A stretch of 64,000 nucleotides of DNA from the NCBI GenBank assembly GCA_026003395.1, contig BPHE01000009.1, forward strand, positions 5,528 to 69,527. Reading direction: 5' to 3'. The stretch is from Vicingaceae bacterium (GTDB lineage: Bacteria > Bacteroidota > Bacteroidia > Flavobacteriales_E > Vicingaceae). Position 1 is the stretch's first letter. Every line of letters begins with the position of its first letter. The notes below the pieces were generated by a model. That model searched no databases. It saw only the letters and a list, made by a program, of their open reading frames with translations, and had not been told where the DNA came from. A program made the translations under genes and the position numbers. Shown here in pieces: positions 10,872-21,307 of the stretch.

Positions 10872-10911
10872 ATTAAAAGCAAAAACCAATGGGTAGTCCA
10901 TTGGTTTTTGC
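10872..10911 (-). terminator. intrinsic terminator-like hairpin after the DksA-like gene
   Basis: Perfect 14-bp stem gcaaaaaccaatgg / ccattggtttttgc (10879-10892 / 10898-10911), 5-nt loop, followed on the minus strand by a U-run. Confidence 0.5.
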
Positions 10912-10928
10912 CAGCTATTTGACCATGA

Positions 10929-11864
10929 TCAACGGTTGAGTTTTTCTTTTGCTTCAATACTTAATGTAGCATGTGGCACCAATCTCAATCTTTCTTTTGG
11001 TATCAGTTTGCCGGTCACTCTGCATATCCCGTATGTTTTATTCTCAATTCTGACGAGGGCGGCTTCCAGGTTTTTGATAAATTTTTCTTGTCTTGCGGCA
11101 AGTTGTGCTATTTCTTCCCTGGTCATGGTTTCGGATCCGTCTTCCATCAATTTGAAGGTTGCATGCGTGTCATCGGTGCCATGATCGCTTGAATGGGTCA
11201 AGGCATCTTTTAATTCCTTGTAGTTTTGACGGGCTTCTTCGAGTTTTTTTAATATAATCTCCTTAAACTCAGCCAGTTCTTCGTCGGAGTATCTGACACG
11301 GTTGTCTTCAAAAGCTTTCACCGGTTTTCGAATTTCTTCTTTGGGAGGAGACCATTTGGGTTGCGGTATTTTCTTTTCTTCGAATAAAGGTCTTACTTTT
11401 CCCTTGATCATTGTGGGGTTGGGTTTGCGTGGGACATAGTCGTCATCATCATCGTCATCGTCAACTGCAAGGTCATCACCAACAAGAATAGACGGGTCAA
11501 TATCGACATTTACTTCATCGCTATCTTCTTCATCTTCATCATCAACAGGATCGGGCTCAAGATCATCTATCAATTCTTCATCTTCTTCTTCCAATTTGGC
11601 TTTTTTGGTTTTAGGTTTCTTTTTTGTTTCCTTTTCTTGGGATTTAGCTTCTTTCTTAGTTGGTGTTTTGCCGGACTTTTTTTTGTCTGCCGTTACTTTT
11701 TGAGTGTTTTTGGCAGCAGTTTTTTTATTTTCCTTTTCTTCAGCTTTTTCTTTTTTATTCTTTTTTGCAGCCGACTTTTTCTCTTCCTTTCTGCCGGTTT
11801 TGGAAGAGGCAGTTTTTTTTGGTTTTTCTTTTTGGCTTTTGGAGTTAGTTGCTTTTTTCGCCAT
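10929..11864 (-). CDS. DksA/TraR-family protein with ~200-aa Lys-rich then acidic low-complexity N-terminal extension
   Basis: The C-terminal ~110 aa has a DksA-like coiled coil plus finger region (YGICRVTGKLIPKERLRLVPHATLSIEAK). The N-terminus is K/E/T-rich, followed by a poly-D/E tract. Start overlaps the ileS stop by 20 nt. Confidence 0.75.
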   Translation of the reverse strand: MAKKATNSKSQKEKPKKTASSKTGRKEEKKSAAKKNKKEKAEEKENKKTAAKNTQKVTADKKKSGKTPTKKEAKSQEKETKKKPKTKKAKLEEEDEELIDDLEPDPVDDEDEEDSDEVNVDIDPSILVGDDLAVDDDDDDDDYVPRKPNPTMIKGKVRPLFEEKKIPQPKWSPPKEEIRKPVKAFEDNRVRYSDEELAEFKEIILKKLEEARQNYKELKDALTHSSDHGTDDTHATFKLMEDGSETMTREEIAQLAARQEKFIKNLEAALVRIENKTYGICRVTGKLIPKERLRLVPHATLSIEAKEKLNR

Positions 11865-14800
11865 GGTATTTAGATTTAAATAGTTTCACATGTATTTGAA
11901 ATTCTTCAAGGTCTACGATGTTTGATAAATTTTGTTGCATTTTGCCTGTAAATATAATATCTTCTGCCAAAGTTTCCGAACAAATATAATCTTTATGCAA
12001 TTCTACCACTTTTTCAATTATATCATTTTTTTCAATTTCAATTATGATTTTATCGGTAACTTCAAAACCGAGTTCTTTTCTGAGGTTTTGTATACGGTTG
12101 ATAAATTCTCTGGCCAATCCTTCATATTTGAGTTGATCGGTGATACGTATATCGAGGGCAACGGTGATGCCTTTGTCATGGGCAACCAACCAGCCGGGTA
12201 TATCTTGAGGAATGATTTCAAGTTCGTCGGTTGTAAGCGTGATATTTTGTCCTTCTATGACCAAATCGATTTTTTGGTTTTTCTCGAGTGAATTTATTTC
12301 TTCCTGAGTGAGATCTAAGAGTTTTTGGGTTACCGATTTCATAAGAGGCCCAAGTATGGGACCAAGTTTTTTGAAGTCGGGTTTCACTTTTTTAACAATA
12401 ATGCTTTGATTGGCATCAAGATATTCAATTTCTTTTACATTGACTTCACTTAAGATAATGTGTTCTACTTCTTTGATCATCTCTTTTTGTGCACTATTCA
12501 ATACCGGTATCATCATTTTTTGCAGTGGCTGACGCACACGAATATTTTGTTTTTTACGCAAACTGAGAACAAGTCCTGAAATGATTTGTGCCAGATCCAT
12601 TTTTTCTTCAAGATGCAAATCTATCATTAAATCGTCGGAATTGGGAAAATCGGTTAAATGGACGGAAGGAGGATAGTTGCCCTTGATGTTTTGGGTGAGA
12701 TTACGGTAGATAAAATCGCTAAAGAATGGAGCAAAAGGGGATGAAAGTTGAGCCAGAGTAACAAGACAAGTGTGAAGTGTTTGGTATGCCGAAATTTTAT
12801 CTTGATTGTATTCTCCTTTCCAGAAACGTCGGCGGCTCAAACGGACATACCAATTGCTCAAGTGGTCTACAACAAATGTTTCGATCGAACGTGCTGCTCG
12901 TGTGGGTTCATAGTCGTCGAGATTTTCTTTGACGTTTTTGATAAGAGAATTGAGTTTTGAAAGAATCCAACGGTCTAATTCCGGGCGTTCTTTGACGGGT
13001 ACTTGTGCTTCTTCGGCACGATAGTGATCTATATTGGCATATAGGGCAAAAAAGGAATATGTGTTGAAAAACGCCCTGAAAAATTTACGTTGGGTTTCGA
13101 CAATGCCATCCGGATCAAACTTAAGGTTTTCCCAAGGTTGGGCATTGGTAATCATATACCAGCGTGTTGCATCTGGGCCAAATTTTTTGAGTGTTTCGAA
13201 AGGATCGATGGCATTTCCCAATCGCTTGCTCATTTTTTGGCCATGTTTGTCGAGGACGAGCCCGTTGGATACTACCGTTTTATAAGCCACCGAATCAAAA
13301 CACGCAGTAGCAATCACATGCAGTGTATAAAACCAGCCACGAGTTTGGTCCACACCTTCGGCAATAAAATCAGCCGGCATGATTTCTTCCAAATTGACCT
13401 TTTTGTTAAAAGGCCAATGCCACTGTGCGTAAGGCATTGCTCCGGAATCAAACCAAACGTCAATCAAATCGGTTTCTCGGTACATCGGTAAGCCATTGGA
13501 TGATACCAATATAATCTCATCCACAAAAGGCCGGTGAATGTCGAATTTATGATAGTTCTCGTCAGACAGGTCATTTTCATTGAAAGAGGCAAGCGGATTG
13601 GATTTCATTATGCCTGCTGCCACTGATTTTTCACATTCTTTTTTTAGTTCTGCGAAAGATCCGATACATTTTGTTTCTCCGTCTTCACTTTTCCAAACAG
13701 GCAAGGGAATACCCCAAAATCTCGAACGCGAAAGATTCCAATCGTTGGCATTTTCGAGCCAGTTGCCGAAACGGCCGATTCCGGTACTTTCGGGTTTCCA
13801 ATATATTGTTTTGTTGAGTTCAACCAAACGGTCTTTGATAGCCGTAACTTTTATAAACCATGAATCCAAAGGATAATAAATCACGGGCTTATCGGTACGC
13901 CAGCAATGCGGATAGTTGTGTTCGTATTTTTCTTTTTTCAGCAGTTTGCCTTCCATTTGCAGTTTTATAACTATTCTATCATCTACCGAAAGATAATCGA
14001 GTTTGGACGTATCGCTGATAATCGATTTCAATTGTTCTCTTTGTTTTTCGATGGCTGCTTTGCGTTCTTCCGGAGTAAGATAGGCCTCTTTGACCGGTTC
14101 TCCGGCAAGCCCAAAAACCGGGTCATTGACTTCGGGGCGGAACCTTCCGCGAAGATCGACCAAAGGTACAGGTCGGTCATTTTCGTCTAAAACAAGCATG
14201 GGAGGAACACCGGCTTCTCTGGCAACTTTCATGTCGTCGGCACCAAAAGTTGGTGCTATGTGTACGATTCCGGTTCCTTCGTCGGTGGTGACAAAATCTC
14301 CGGGTATAATCCTGAAGGCCTTATCGGCATCTTTGTAGGGCAAAACATATGGAAGCAATTGGTGGTAGCGTAGTTGATTCTCGACCAGTAGTTTGCCTTT
14401 AAATACAGCCAAAATACGGTAAGGTACTTTTTTATCTCCGGGTTTATAATCTTCCCATGGCAAAGCTTCTTGTTCAGGTTTGAAATACCGAGATAGAATG
14501 TCTTTCCCTAGTACAATAAGCTGAGGTTGCGAAGTATATGGGTTAAATGTCTTTACCAACACATATTCAATGTCAGGGTTTACTGCCAGTGCCGTGTTGG
14601 AAGGTAAGGTCCAGGGGGTTGTTGTCCAAGCAGCAATATAGACAGGAAGTTCAGAAGAAACAGACAATGCTTGTTTAAGCTTTTCTTCTGATTCAGCGGT
14701 AAGTTGAAAAAGGGCAGTGGCCGACAAGTCCTTTACATTTCTGTAGCATCCCGGTTGGTTGAGTTCGTGAGAGCTGAGACCGGTACCTGCTGCAGGAGAG

Positions 14801-15345
14801 TAGGGTTGAATGGTATATCCCTTATACAATAGGTTTTTTTCATAGAGCATTTTGAGTAGATGCCAAACCGATTCGATGTATTTATTTTCGTAGGTAATGT
14901 ATGGATTTTTCATATCTACCCAGTAGCCCATCTTTTCGGTCAAATCGTTCCAATGGGCTGTGTATTTCATAACAGCTTTGCGGCATGCTTCGTTGTATTC
15001 TTTGATGCTTATTTTTTTGCCAATGTCTTCTTTGGTGATGCCAAGCTCTTTTTCCACACCAAGTTCCACAGGCAAACCATGAGTGTCCCAACCCGCTTTT
15101 CTTTCAACATAATAGCCCTGCAGAGTTTTATACCGGCAAAAAATATCTTTGATGGTTCTGGCCATAACGTGGTGAATACCGGGCATTCCGTTGGCTGATG
15201 GCGGACCTTCGTAGAAAATAAACTTTTGTTTGCCCTTGCGGTTTTCTACACTTTTCTCAAATATTTTATTTTTTTGCCAGAAATCCAGTATCTTTTCGGC
15301 AAAGGCGGGTAAATCAAGTTGGTTGTATTCTTCAAAAATTTTCAT
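11845..15345 (-). CDS. ileS: isoleucine--tRNA ligase (long, type-2 form)
   Basis: 1166 aa. HIGH-type motif (PSANGMPGIHHVMAR), KMSKS (QKMSKRLGN), editing-domain-sized insertion. Confidence 0.95.
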   Translation of the reverse strand: MKIFEEYNQLDLPAFAEKILDFWQKNKIFEKSVENRKGKQKFIFYEGPPSANGMPGIHHVMARTIKDIFCRYKTLQGYYVERKAGWDTHGLPVELGVEKELGITKEDIGKKISIKEYNEACRKAVMKYTAHWNDLTEKMGYWVDMKNPYITYENKYIESVWHLLKMLYEKNLLYKGYTIQPYSPAAGTGLSSHELNQPGCYRNVKDLSATALFQLTAESEEKLKQALSVSSELPVYIAAWTTTPWTLPSNTALAVNPDIEYVLVKTFNPYTSQPQLIVLGKDILSRYFKPEQEALPWEDYKPGDKKVPYRILAVFKGKLLVENQLRYHQLLPYVLPYKDADKAFRIIPGDFVTTDEGTGIVHIAPTFGADDMKVAREAGVPPMLVLDENDRPVPLVDLRGRFRPEVNDPVFGLAGEPVKEAYLTPEERKAAIEKQREQLKSIISDTSKLDYLSVDDRIVIKLQMEGKLLKKEKYEHNYPHCWRTDKPVIYYPLDSWFIKVTAIKDRLVELNKTIYWKPESTGIGRFGNWLENANDWNLSRSRFWGIPLPVWKSEDGETKCIGSFAELKKECEKSVAAGIMKSNPLASFNENDLSDENYHKFDIHRPFVDEIILVSSNGLPMYRETDLIDVWFDSGAMPYAQWHWPFNKKVNLEEIMPADFIAEGVDQTRGWFYTLHVIATACFDSVAYKTVVSNGLVLDKHGQKMSKRLGNAIDPFETLKKFGPDATRWYMITNAQPWENLKFDPDGIVETQRKFFRAFFNTYSFFALYANIDHYRAEEAQVPVKERPELDRWILSKLNSLIKNVKENLDDYEPTRAARSIETFVVDHLSNWYVRLSRRRFWKGEYNQDKISAYQTLHTCLVTLAQLSSPFAPFFSDFIYRNLTQNIKGNYPPSVHLTDFPNSDDLMIDLHLEEKMDLAQIISGLVLSLRKKQNIRVRQPLQKMMIPVLNSAQKEMIKEVEHIILSEVNVKEIEYLDANQSIIVKKVKPDFKKLGPILGPLMKSVTQKLLDLTQEEINSLEKNQKIDLVIEGQNITLTTDELEIIPQDIPGWLVAHDKGITVALDIRITDQLKYEGLAREFINRIQNLRKELGFEVTDKIIIEIEKNDIIEKVVELHKDYICSETLAEDIIFTGKMQQNLSNIVDLEEFQIHVKLFKSKYHGEKSN

Positions 15346-15452
15346 CTGTCTTTTTTTAGACCGGCAAAGGTAATTTAAAAAATTTATCTCGTCCTAATTT
15401 TTAAAATGATTTGATTAAGTGAAAGTTATCATTTACAAAAGTTTTTGTGGTG

Positions 15453-18400
15453 TTAAGGGGTTATTTCTTTTTTTTCAACGTCTTTCCAAATATAAGCAAA
15501 TTTGGGGTCAATGACTATCTTGTCGGGTTTTTTGGGGCATATTAATTTGATAGAAGCGTGATTGTTTTGAATCATGATGGTTGATGAAGCTAAGGGTTCA
15601 CCATACATTTTTCCCTTTTTTTTCTCATAAGCGGTTATGGTGACCGGACCGGTTGCAACAAGACGTTCGGATTTTCCCAAGTCGGTGTTTTTGATGTTTT
15701 CTGTTAAAGAAATGTTTGTCAGATAAGAACTCTTGAAAAATTCTATGTTTAAATTAATTTCCCAGGTAGAATCAGCCTGGGGTTTGGCTTCTTTACTTTT
15801 GACGTCAAGGTCCCAAATGATAATTTTTTCGAGATGTTCTTGCACAAAAGGTTTGAGGGAATCGGGGCAAAGGTCATACAATCGTTTGGAGAACTCAAGA
15901 GAAGTGGGGTATGGTGGTTCTTGATAAGCAAATTTCTTGATTAATTGTTGCAATACATTGAACATTATTGCAGAACCTGTTTGATGTTGAATGGCATTGA
16001 GAGCCACGGCTGCTTTGTCATAATAAACATACGATTGTTGGTCTGTGGTCAATAAAGTCGGTTCTCTTTTGGTTTCATAAGCGCGTGAAGTGATATAATT
16101 ACGATTGGACCGACGCAAAAATTTCAGCAACATATCTTCACCAAATACTTTGGCAATGACATTGGAAGCCGAGAATTCGGCAAGTGATTCGGAAAGGAAA
16201 GGGGCTCCTTGCATTTTTGCTCCTACTACCTGGTGAGCCCACCATTGGTGAGCCATTTCGTGAGCAACCACATGAAAAATTCTATTGATGTCTTCTTGAT
16301 TGTCTTTGTAGTTTGATGTAAAACCGATACTTTCTGAATAGGGCATAGTGCCCGGAAATGCCTGTGCGAATGAAGAAAATTGTGGGAATTCAATGATACG
16401 GGCTTCATTGTGATAATATTTTCCGAGATGGTTGACGTAATAAGAGATGGAAGCTTTCAGGGCATCCATCATTTGAGGAACATTCCATTCATGGCCGGGG
16501 TGGTAGTAAATGGCCAGTTCAATATCATTTAAACGCTCTTTTTTAACAGCATACCTTGCGGACATTACATTAAAGAAGAACAAAGACGGTTGGTCAAGGC
16601 GGTATTCAAAATATGCCCGGTTTTTTGTGGTCCATCTTTTCACAAGCTTGCCGGGCGCAATGGCCATTTGGTCAGCGTAAGTGGAGATGACAAAATGCAT
16701 TTTGGCCCAGTCCGATTGTGTAACATAATTCCACATGCATTTTTGGGTGCAGTTTGTTTCCAAGGGAGGTAAATAAAATTGCTTTATTGACAATCCTTGT
16801 TTTTTTCTTTCGGTATTTTCTGCAATTTCATAACTTTCGTCATAACCAAAAGCCGGAGTAAACATACTGTAGTTTAAGAATGTGCCGTTTGGCATCAGGT
16901 ATGGATTAGAAAGTTCGTTTTCGATGCTCTCATAGATTTCTTTATAGCTATATTCAAACAACATACTGTCTCCTGGCATAAGTGGTTGTTTTAAACGGTA
17001 AATTTCAAATGAAACCAATTTTGAAGTGTCTTTGTGTATTAATGTTAAATTGTTGTTGATGATTTCAAACGGATGTTTCACAGGATTATTGATATACAAC
17101 TCCTCGATAGGTTCATTGAATTTATTTTTGAGATATAGCTTTGCTTTGACGAAATATTTTCTTTCTTTCCCAAACAGGTCAATGGCATAATCGGCATATA
17201 CAATTTTGGGCTGGGGTTTATCTTTATATTTTTGATAGTTTTTTTCATAAAAGGCACGCCAATATATTTCATCATCATAAGAAAGAAAACGATTTCTGAT
17301 ATTAACATGATAATGTAAAAATCCTGCATATCCGGTTACAATAATCAATGCGGTGGTGGGGAAAAGTTTGTATTGAGCAAAATGGTTCTTGATTATAAAA
17401 AGTTTGTCAAGGAAGGATATGTTTTTGTAACCTTCAAATATGACGATAGTGACATAAAATACAAAAGCATAAATCAGCATCCAATAAAACCAAAATGAAA
17501 TATATTGTGTCAAATAAGGACCATAGCCATAAAAATCGGAATAAATGATGTCCGGAAAAGTGGGTAAGATGCCGGCCATATTGGATTTGATGTGCAGGGA
17601 AGCTTTCAATACTGGTTGAAACGTAAGAATTAAAATCACTATTCCCATGGAAATGAACTTTTGCCCGGTCAATGCATGTAAGAAAAAAGACAAAATGATT
17701 AACGCAATGAAATCGGTGAATTTAAAAAAGAAAATTTCCGTAAAATATATTGAAAATTCAATAGGAGCTTCTCCTTTGAAAGTTTGATACAGGATACCGA
17801 ACAATAAAAAGAAAATACCGCAGAATATATAAAGCAACATCAATGAAAACAATTTGCCGGTAAGGATAACCGCAGGAGACACCGGCAAAGAATATTTGAT
17901 TTCGGAAAAGAAACTTGTTTTTTCACGCCAAAAGATTTCGGCCGACAAGTAGATAAAAAACAATTTTAAAATGAAAAAAACAAAGAAAATTATTTTCAGC
18001 GTGTAATAAGTTGTGGCATATCTTGGGGCTTCATCATCCTGAATCATTCCGATGAAATACATAAGATACATCAGAAAAATAATTCCGGTCATGAATATCA
18101 AAACATTGCTGCGCAGCATGTATTTTAGACCCAAAGAGGCCTCATTGGCCACTGCAGATAACATCCATGAAAATCCTCCGGTTATTTTTGAAAATCGAAT
18201 GGATTTATATTGAACTTGAATAAAAGACCGTATGGTTTTGCCGGAATCATTGCTGTCTGCTGTTTTTTTCGGAAGATTCCATCTGATTCTCTGTTTATAT
18301 ACGGCCATAAAAAATAAACCAATGCCCAATCCGCACCAAACAATCCTGTTAATTATAAATCTGGCGGTAGGCACGATCAAATAATGATTCATTTCATAAG

Positions 18401-19079
18401 CGGTCTGTTTATTCAGCAGTTCAAATAATGGAATCAATCCAAATGGGTCGGCAATGTCAATGAAAGAATGATCAATTAAATTATCGGACAACTGCAAAAA
18501 TGAAAAATAAAATGCCAGCATTCCGACGGCAATCAAGATGGAGTATTTGATATTTTTCAAAAAAGAGCCAAAGAAAAATAATATGCAACCGATGGCGATC
18601 AAGCTGGGCAAGACAATGATGGTCATACACCACAAATGATGGGTGAGATTAAAAGGGAGTAAAGAATCTTCGGAAGTCCAAGGAACCAAATGGGCCAAAA
18701 TATCTGCCAAGGGAATCGAGGCAAAAATCATTATGACCGGTAGGAATGCTCCCAAAAACCTTCCGCTAAAAAGCACAAATTTTGATACAGGATAGGTATA
18801 GATGATTTCATGAAACTTATATTCGTAGTCACGGGCCAGTGAAAATGCAATAAATTCATTTAAAATCAAAGGCAGGAATAATGAGATAAGAATGTAGAGG
18901 TTTGTCAATGAATAAGGGGCATTTTTGTATACAACTTCTGTTACATTGCCAATTCGAATGGTTTCTATGCTGAAAATCAACAATGCAAAGAGCATGATAA
19001 CAGAAAAATAAACATATACAGATGGTTTTTTAAACCAATACTTCCATTCGAAAGGTAATATGGAAACAATTTGTTTCAT
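15453..19079 (-). CDS. ABC-2-type transporter permease fused to M1-family zinc peptidase domain
   Basis: 1208 aa. The N-terminal ~600 aa is polytopic membrane. The C-terminal part has HEMAHQWW (about 16240-16263 on the plus strand) and a downstream LSESLAEF glutamate. Immediately downstream of the ABC ATPase gene. Confidence 0.85.
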   Translation of the reverse strand: MKQIVSILPFEWKYWFKKPSVYVYFSVIMLFALLIFSIETIRIGNVTEVVYKNAPYSLTNLYILISLFLPLILNEFIAFSLARDYEYKFHEIIYTYPVSKFVLFSGRFLGAFLPVIMIFASIPLADILAHLVPWTSEDSLLPFNLTHHLWCMTIIVLPSLIAIGCILFFFGSFLKNIKYSILIAVGMLAFYFSFLQLSDNLIDHSFIDIADPFGLIPLFELLNKQTAYEMNHYLIVPTARFIINRIVWCGLGIGLFFMAVYKQRIRWNLPKKTADSNDSGKTIRSFIQVQYKSIRFSKITGGFSWMLSAVANEASLGLKYMLRSNVLIFMTGIIFLMYLMYFIGMIQDDEAPRYATTYYTLKIIFFVFFILKLFFIYLSAEIFWREKTSFFSEIKYSLPVSPAVILTGKLFSLMLLYIFCGIFFLLFGILYQTFKGEAPIEFSIYFTEIFFFKFTDFIALIILSFFLHALTGQKFISMGIVILILTFQPVLKASLHIKSNMAGILPTFPDIIYSDFYGYGPYLTQYISFWFYWMLIYAFVFYVTIVIFEGYKNISFLDKLFIIKNHFAQYKLFPTTALIIVTGYAGFLHYHVNIRNRFLSYDDEIYWRAFYEKNYQKYKDKPQPKIVYADYAIDLFGKERKYFVKAKLYLKNKFNEPIEELYINNPVKHPFEIINNNLTLIHKDTSKLVSFEIYRLKQPLMPGDSMLFEYSYKEIYESIENELSNPYLMPNGTFLNYSMFTPAFGYDESYEIAENTERKKQGLSIKQFYLPPLETNCTQKCMWNYVTQSDWAKMHFVISTYADQMAIAPGKLVKRWTTKNRAYFEYRLDQPSLFFFNVMSARYAVKKERLNDIELAIYYHPGHEWNVPQMMDALKASISYYVNHLGKYYHNEARIIEFPQFSSFAQAFPGTMPYSESIGFTSNYKDNQEDINRIFHVVAHEMAHQWWAHQVVGAKMQGAPFLSESLAEFSASNVIAKVFGEDMLLKFLRRSNRNYITSRAYETKREPTLLTTDQQSYVYYDKAAVALNAIQHQTGSAIMFNVLQQLIKKFAYQEPPYPTSLEFSKRLYDLCPDSLKPFVQEHLEKIIIWDLDVKSKEAKPQADSTWEINLNIEFFKSSYLTNISLTENIKNTDLGKSERLVATGPVTITAYEKKKGKMYGEPLASSTIMIQNNHASIKLICPKKPDKIVIDPKFAYIWKDVEKKEITP

Positions 19080-19085
19080 CGTATT

Positions 19086-19952
19086 TTATTCATTTACATT
19101 ACACATATAGAAAAAAACATCTTCCAAATCGGGCTGTTTCGGCTTAAAATCTTTGCCGGGAAAATCTTCGGAAAAAATACTGATAAAATGTTGCCCGTAT
19201 TTTAGCTTATAAGACAGTATGTTGTATTGTTCAGACAAAGATTGAATTTCCGAACTTTCCACTTGTTTTTCGTAAACTTTGTTTTCTATTAACTTTAAGG
19301 CATCTGCCGGAGAACCTTCAAATTTTACCCGGCCTTTGTGCAAAACTGCCATTTTGTTGCATAAATCCGAAATATCCTGGACGATATGGGTCGAAAATAA
19401 AACTATCCTTTCTTTAGCCACATCAGCCAGAATGTTTTGAAAACGGTTTCTTTCGGTTGGGTCTAAGCCGGCAGTAGGTTCGTCAACAATCAATATTTTT
19501 GGGTCGCCCATTAATGCTTGTGCAATGCCAAACCGTTGACGCATACCTCCGGAAAAATCATACACATATCTGTTGCGATGTTCATACAAATTTACCATAT
19601 GCAACAACTGCCCGGCGATTTCCCTTCTTTTGTTTACAATTCCTTTCAAAACGGCAATGTGTGTAAGGAGTTCGATAGCAGTAGTTTTAGGATAAACACC
19701 AAATTCTTGTGGTAGATATCCGAGAATCGATTTGATTTTCCATGGTTTGTCGGTAACATTCTCGTCGTTCAAATATATTTCACCGCTGTCCGGGGCAATA
19801 AGTGTGCTTAAAATCCTCATCAATGTAGATTTTCCGGCACCATTGGGACCTAAAAGTCCAAACATTCCCGTGGTGAGTGTCAGCGAAACATTGTCTAATG
19901 CTTTTAAATTGTTTTGATAAGTTTTGCTGATTTGTTTAATTTCCAATTTCAT
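19086..19952 (-). CDS. ABC transporter ATP-binding protein
   Basis: Walker A GPNGAGKST, signature FSGGMRQR, Walker B ILIVDEPTAGLD. Confidence 0.9.
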   Translation of the reverse strand: MKLEIKQISKTYQNNLKALDNVSLTLTTGMFGLLGPNGAGKSTLMRILSTLIAPDSGEIYLNDENVTDKPWKIKSILGYLPQEFGVYPKTTAIELLTHIAVLKGIVNKRREIAGQLLHMVNLYEHRNRYVYDFSGGMRQRFGIAQALMGDPKILIVDEPTAGLDPTERNRFQNILADVAKERIVLFSTHIVQDISDLCNKMAVLHKGRVKFEGSPADALKLIENKVYEKQVESSEIQSLSEQYNILSYKLKYGQHFISIFSEDFPGKDFKPKQPDLEDVFFYMCNVNE

Positions 19953-20156
19953 GGGAAAAATTTTTATATTCTATAACATATTTATTTTAAATAGGATACA
20001 TGCCCACATGTAGGGCGCGAAAATAAAAAAAAACAGTTTAAAAACCATGTTTTATGGTTAAATCATAAAAAAAACTTAGATTATGCATTTTTAACAATAC
20101 ATTGGCAGGCAATTCGGATAAATCTAAAATAAATTTTAATAATTTTCGCCCTCAAT

Positions 20157-21218
20157 ATGACAACAGAAGCAACTGATTTCAGGAAAATATTTTCGGGGAA
20201 AAGGATTTTTTTGGCTGTTTTTATCGGTTTGTTGGCATCATCTTATCTTGCGTATGATGGGCTAAGCAAAACTGACTGGAATGGCTATGATTGGTCGGGA
20301 ATGTCGCTATGGTCGTTATTGGTGGCGATATTGTTGATGATATTGCGTGATCTTGCCTATATGCTTAGAATAAGAGTCCTGACAGACGGAAAATTGTCCT
20401 GGAGACAGGCATTTGATGTGGTGATGTTATGGGAATTTGCCTCGTCGCTCACACCCAGCGTGGTGGGAGGATCGGGTTTTGCCATTTTTATCTTAAATCA
20501 GGAAAAAATTCCACTTGGAAAAAGCACGGCAATTGTCATGGTTACTGCTTTTTTGGACGAATTGTTTTATGTCATCATGGTGCCTTTGGTGTTGATTTTC
20601 ACCGGCACGCAAGAGCTTTTCCCTCTTAGTTTGCAAAAACAAATCTTAGGAGTGGAATTTGGCAGCAAGCAATTGTTTTATGTTGGTTATGCGTTTATTT
20701 TGATATTGATAGGTGTGATTTTTTATGGTTTGTTTATTCGTCCGAAAGTCGTAAAATATTGGTTGGTCAAAATTTTTTCATTCAGGTTGCTCAGAAAATG
20801 GAGATATAAAGCACTCGAAACAGCCAATAATTTAATTATTACATCCATAGTATTGAAAGGAAAAAATTTTGGTTTCTGGTTGAAGGCGTTTTTTTATACC
20901 ATTCTTTCATGGTCGGCACGTTTCTGGGTTGTAAACTTTATATTACAGGCCTTCAATCCTTCGTTAAACATAGCCGATCATCTGTTGATTTATGCACGCC
21001 AATTGGTGATGTGGGTCATTTTGTTGATAAGTCCAACTCCCGGCGGAGCCGGAGTTGCCGAGATTTCTTTTTCGGGATTTCTGGAACAATTTACTCCTGA
21101 TGGTTTTGCTGCACTTCAAGCCACTTTATGGAGGGTTTTGAGCTATTATCCGTATATATTGATAGGAAGTATTTTGTTGCCCATCTGGTTAAGACGGGTG
21201 TTGGAACGTAAAAAATAA
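20157..21218 (+). CDS. flippase-like / lysylphosphatidylglycerol-synthase TM-region family membrane protein (UPF0104)
   Basis: 353 aa, about 8 TM segments. Conserved PTPGGAGVAE motif near the C-terminal third. Confidence 0.75.
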   Translation: MTTEATDFRKIFSGKRIFLAVFIGLLASSYLAYDGLSKTDWNGYDWSGMSLWSLLVAILLMILRDLAYMLRIRVLTDGKLSWRQAFDVVMLWEFASSLTPSVVGGSGFAIFILNQEKIPLGKSTAIVMVTAFLDELFYVIMVPLVLIFTGTQELFPLSLQKQILGVEFGSKQLFYVGYAFILILIGVIFYGLFIRPKVVKYWLVKIFSFRLLRKWRYKALETANNLIITSIVLKGKNFGFWLKAFFYTILSWSARFWVVNFILQAFNPSLNIADHLLIYARQLVMWVILLISPTPGGAGVAEISFSGFLEQFTPDGFAALQATLWRVLSYYPYILIGSILLPIWLRRVLERKK

Positions 21219-21247
21219 AAGCCCTTGAAATCAAGGGCTTTTATTGT
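21217..21247. terminator. bidirectional intrinsic terminator-like hairpin
   Basis: aaaagcccttgaaatcaagggctttt between convergent genes. A-run upstream and T-run downstream. Confidence 0.5.
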
Positions 21248-21307
21248 CTTGAGTTTTTTGAAATTTTCAAAAAATCAATATAAGCATGTGTTCGTTTGAG
21301 ACAATTT

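Noticed and set aside
11637-11873. Plus-strand ORFs (78 aa and 62 aa) opposite the Lys-rich part of the DksA-like gene
   Set aside because: They are Phe/Leu-rich mirror images of an AAG/AAA-rich coding strand, so they are compositional artefacts.
20012-20152. GC-rich inverted repeat gggcg(cg)aaaat ... attttcgccc, ~115 nt apart, and aaccat/atggtt arms in the divergent ABC/flippase intergenic region (also at 25023-25163)
   Set aside because: The arms are short and imperfect in an AT-rich spacer. I cannot distinguish an operator or UTR structure from chance without comparative data.
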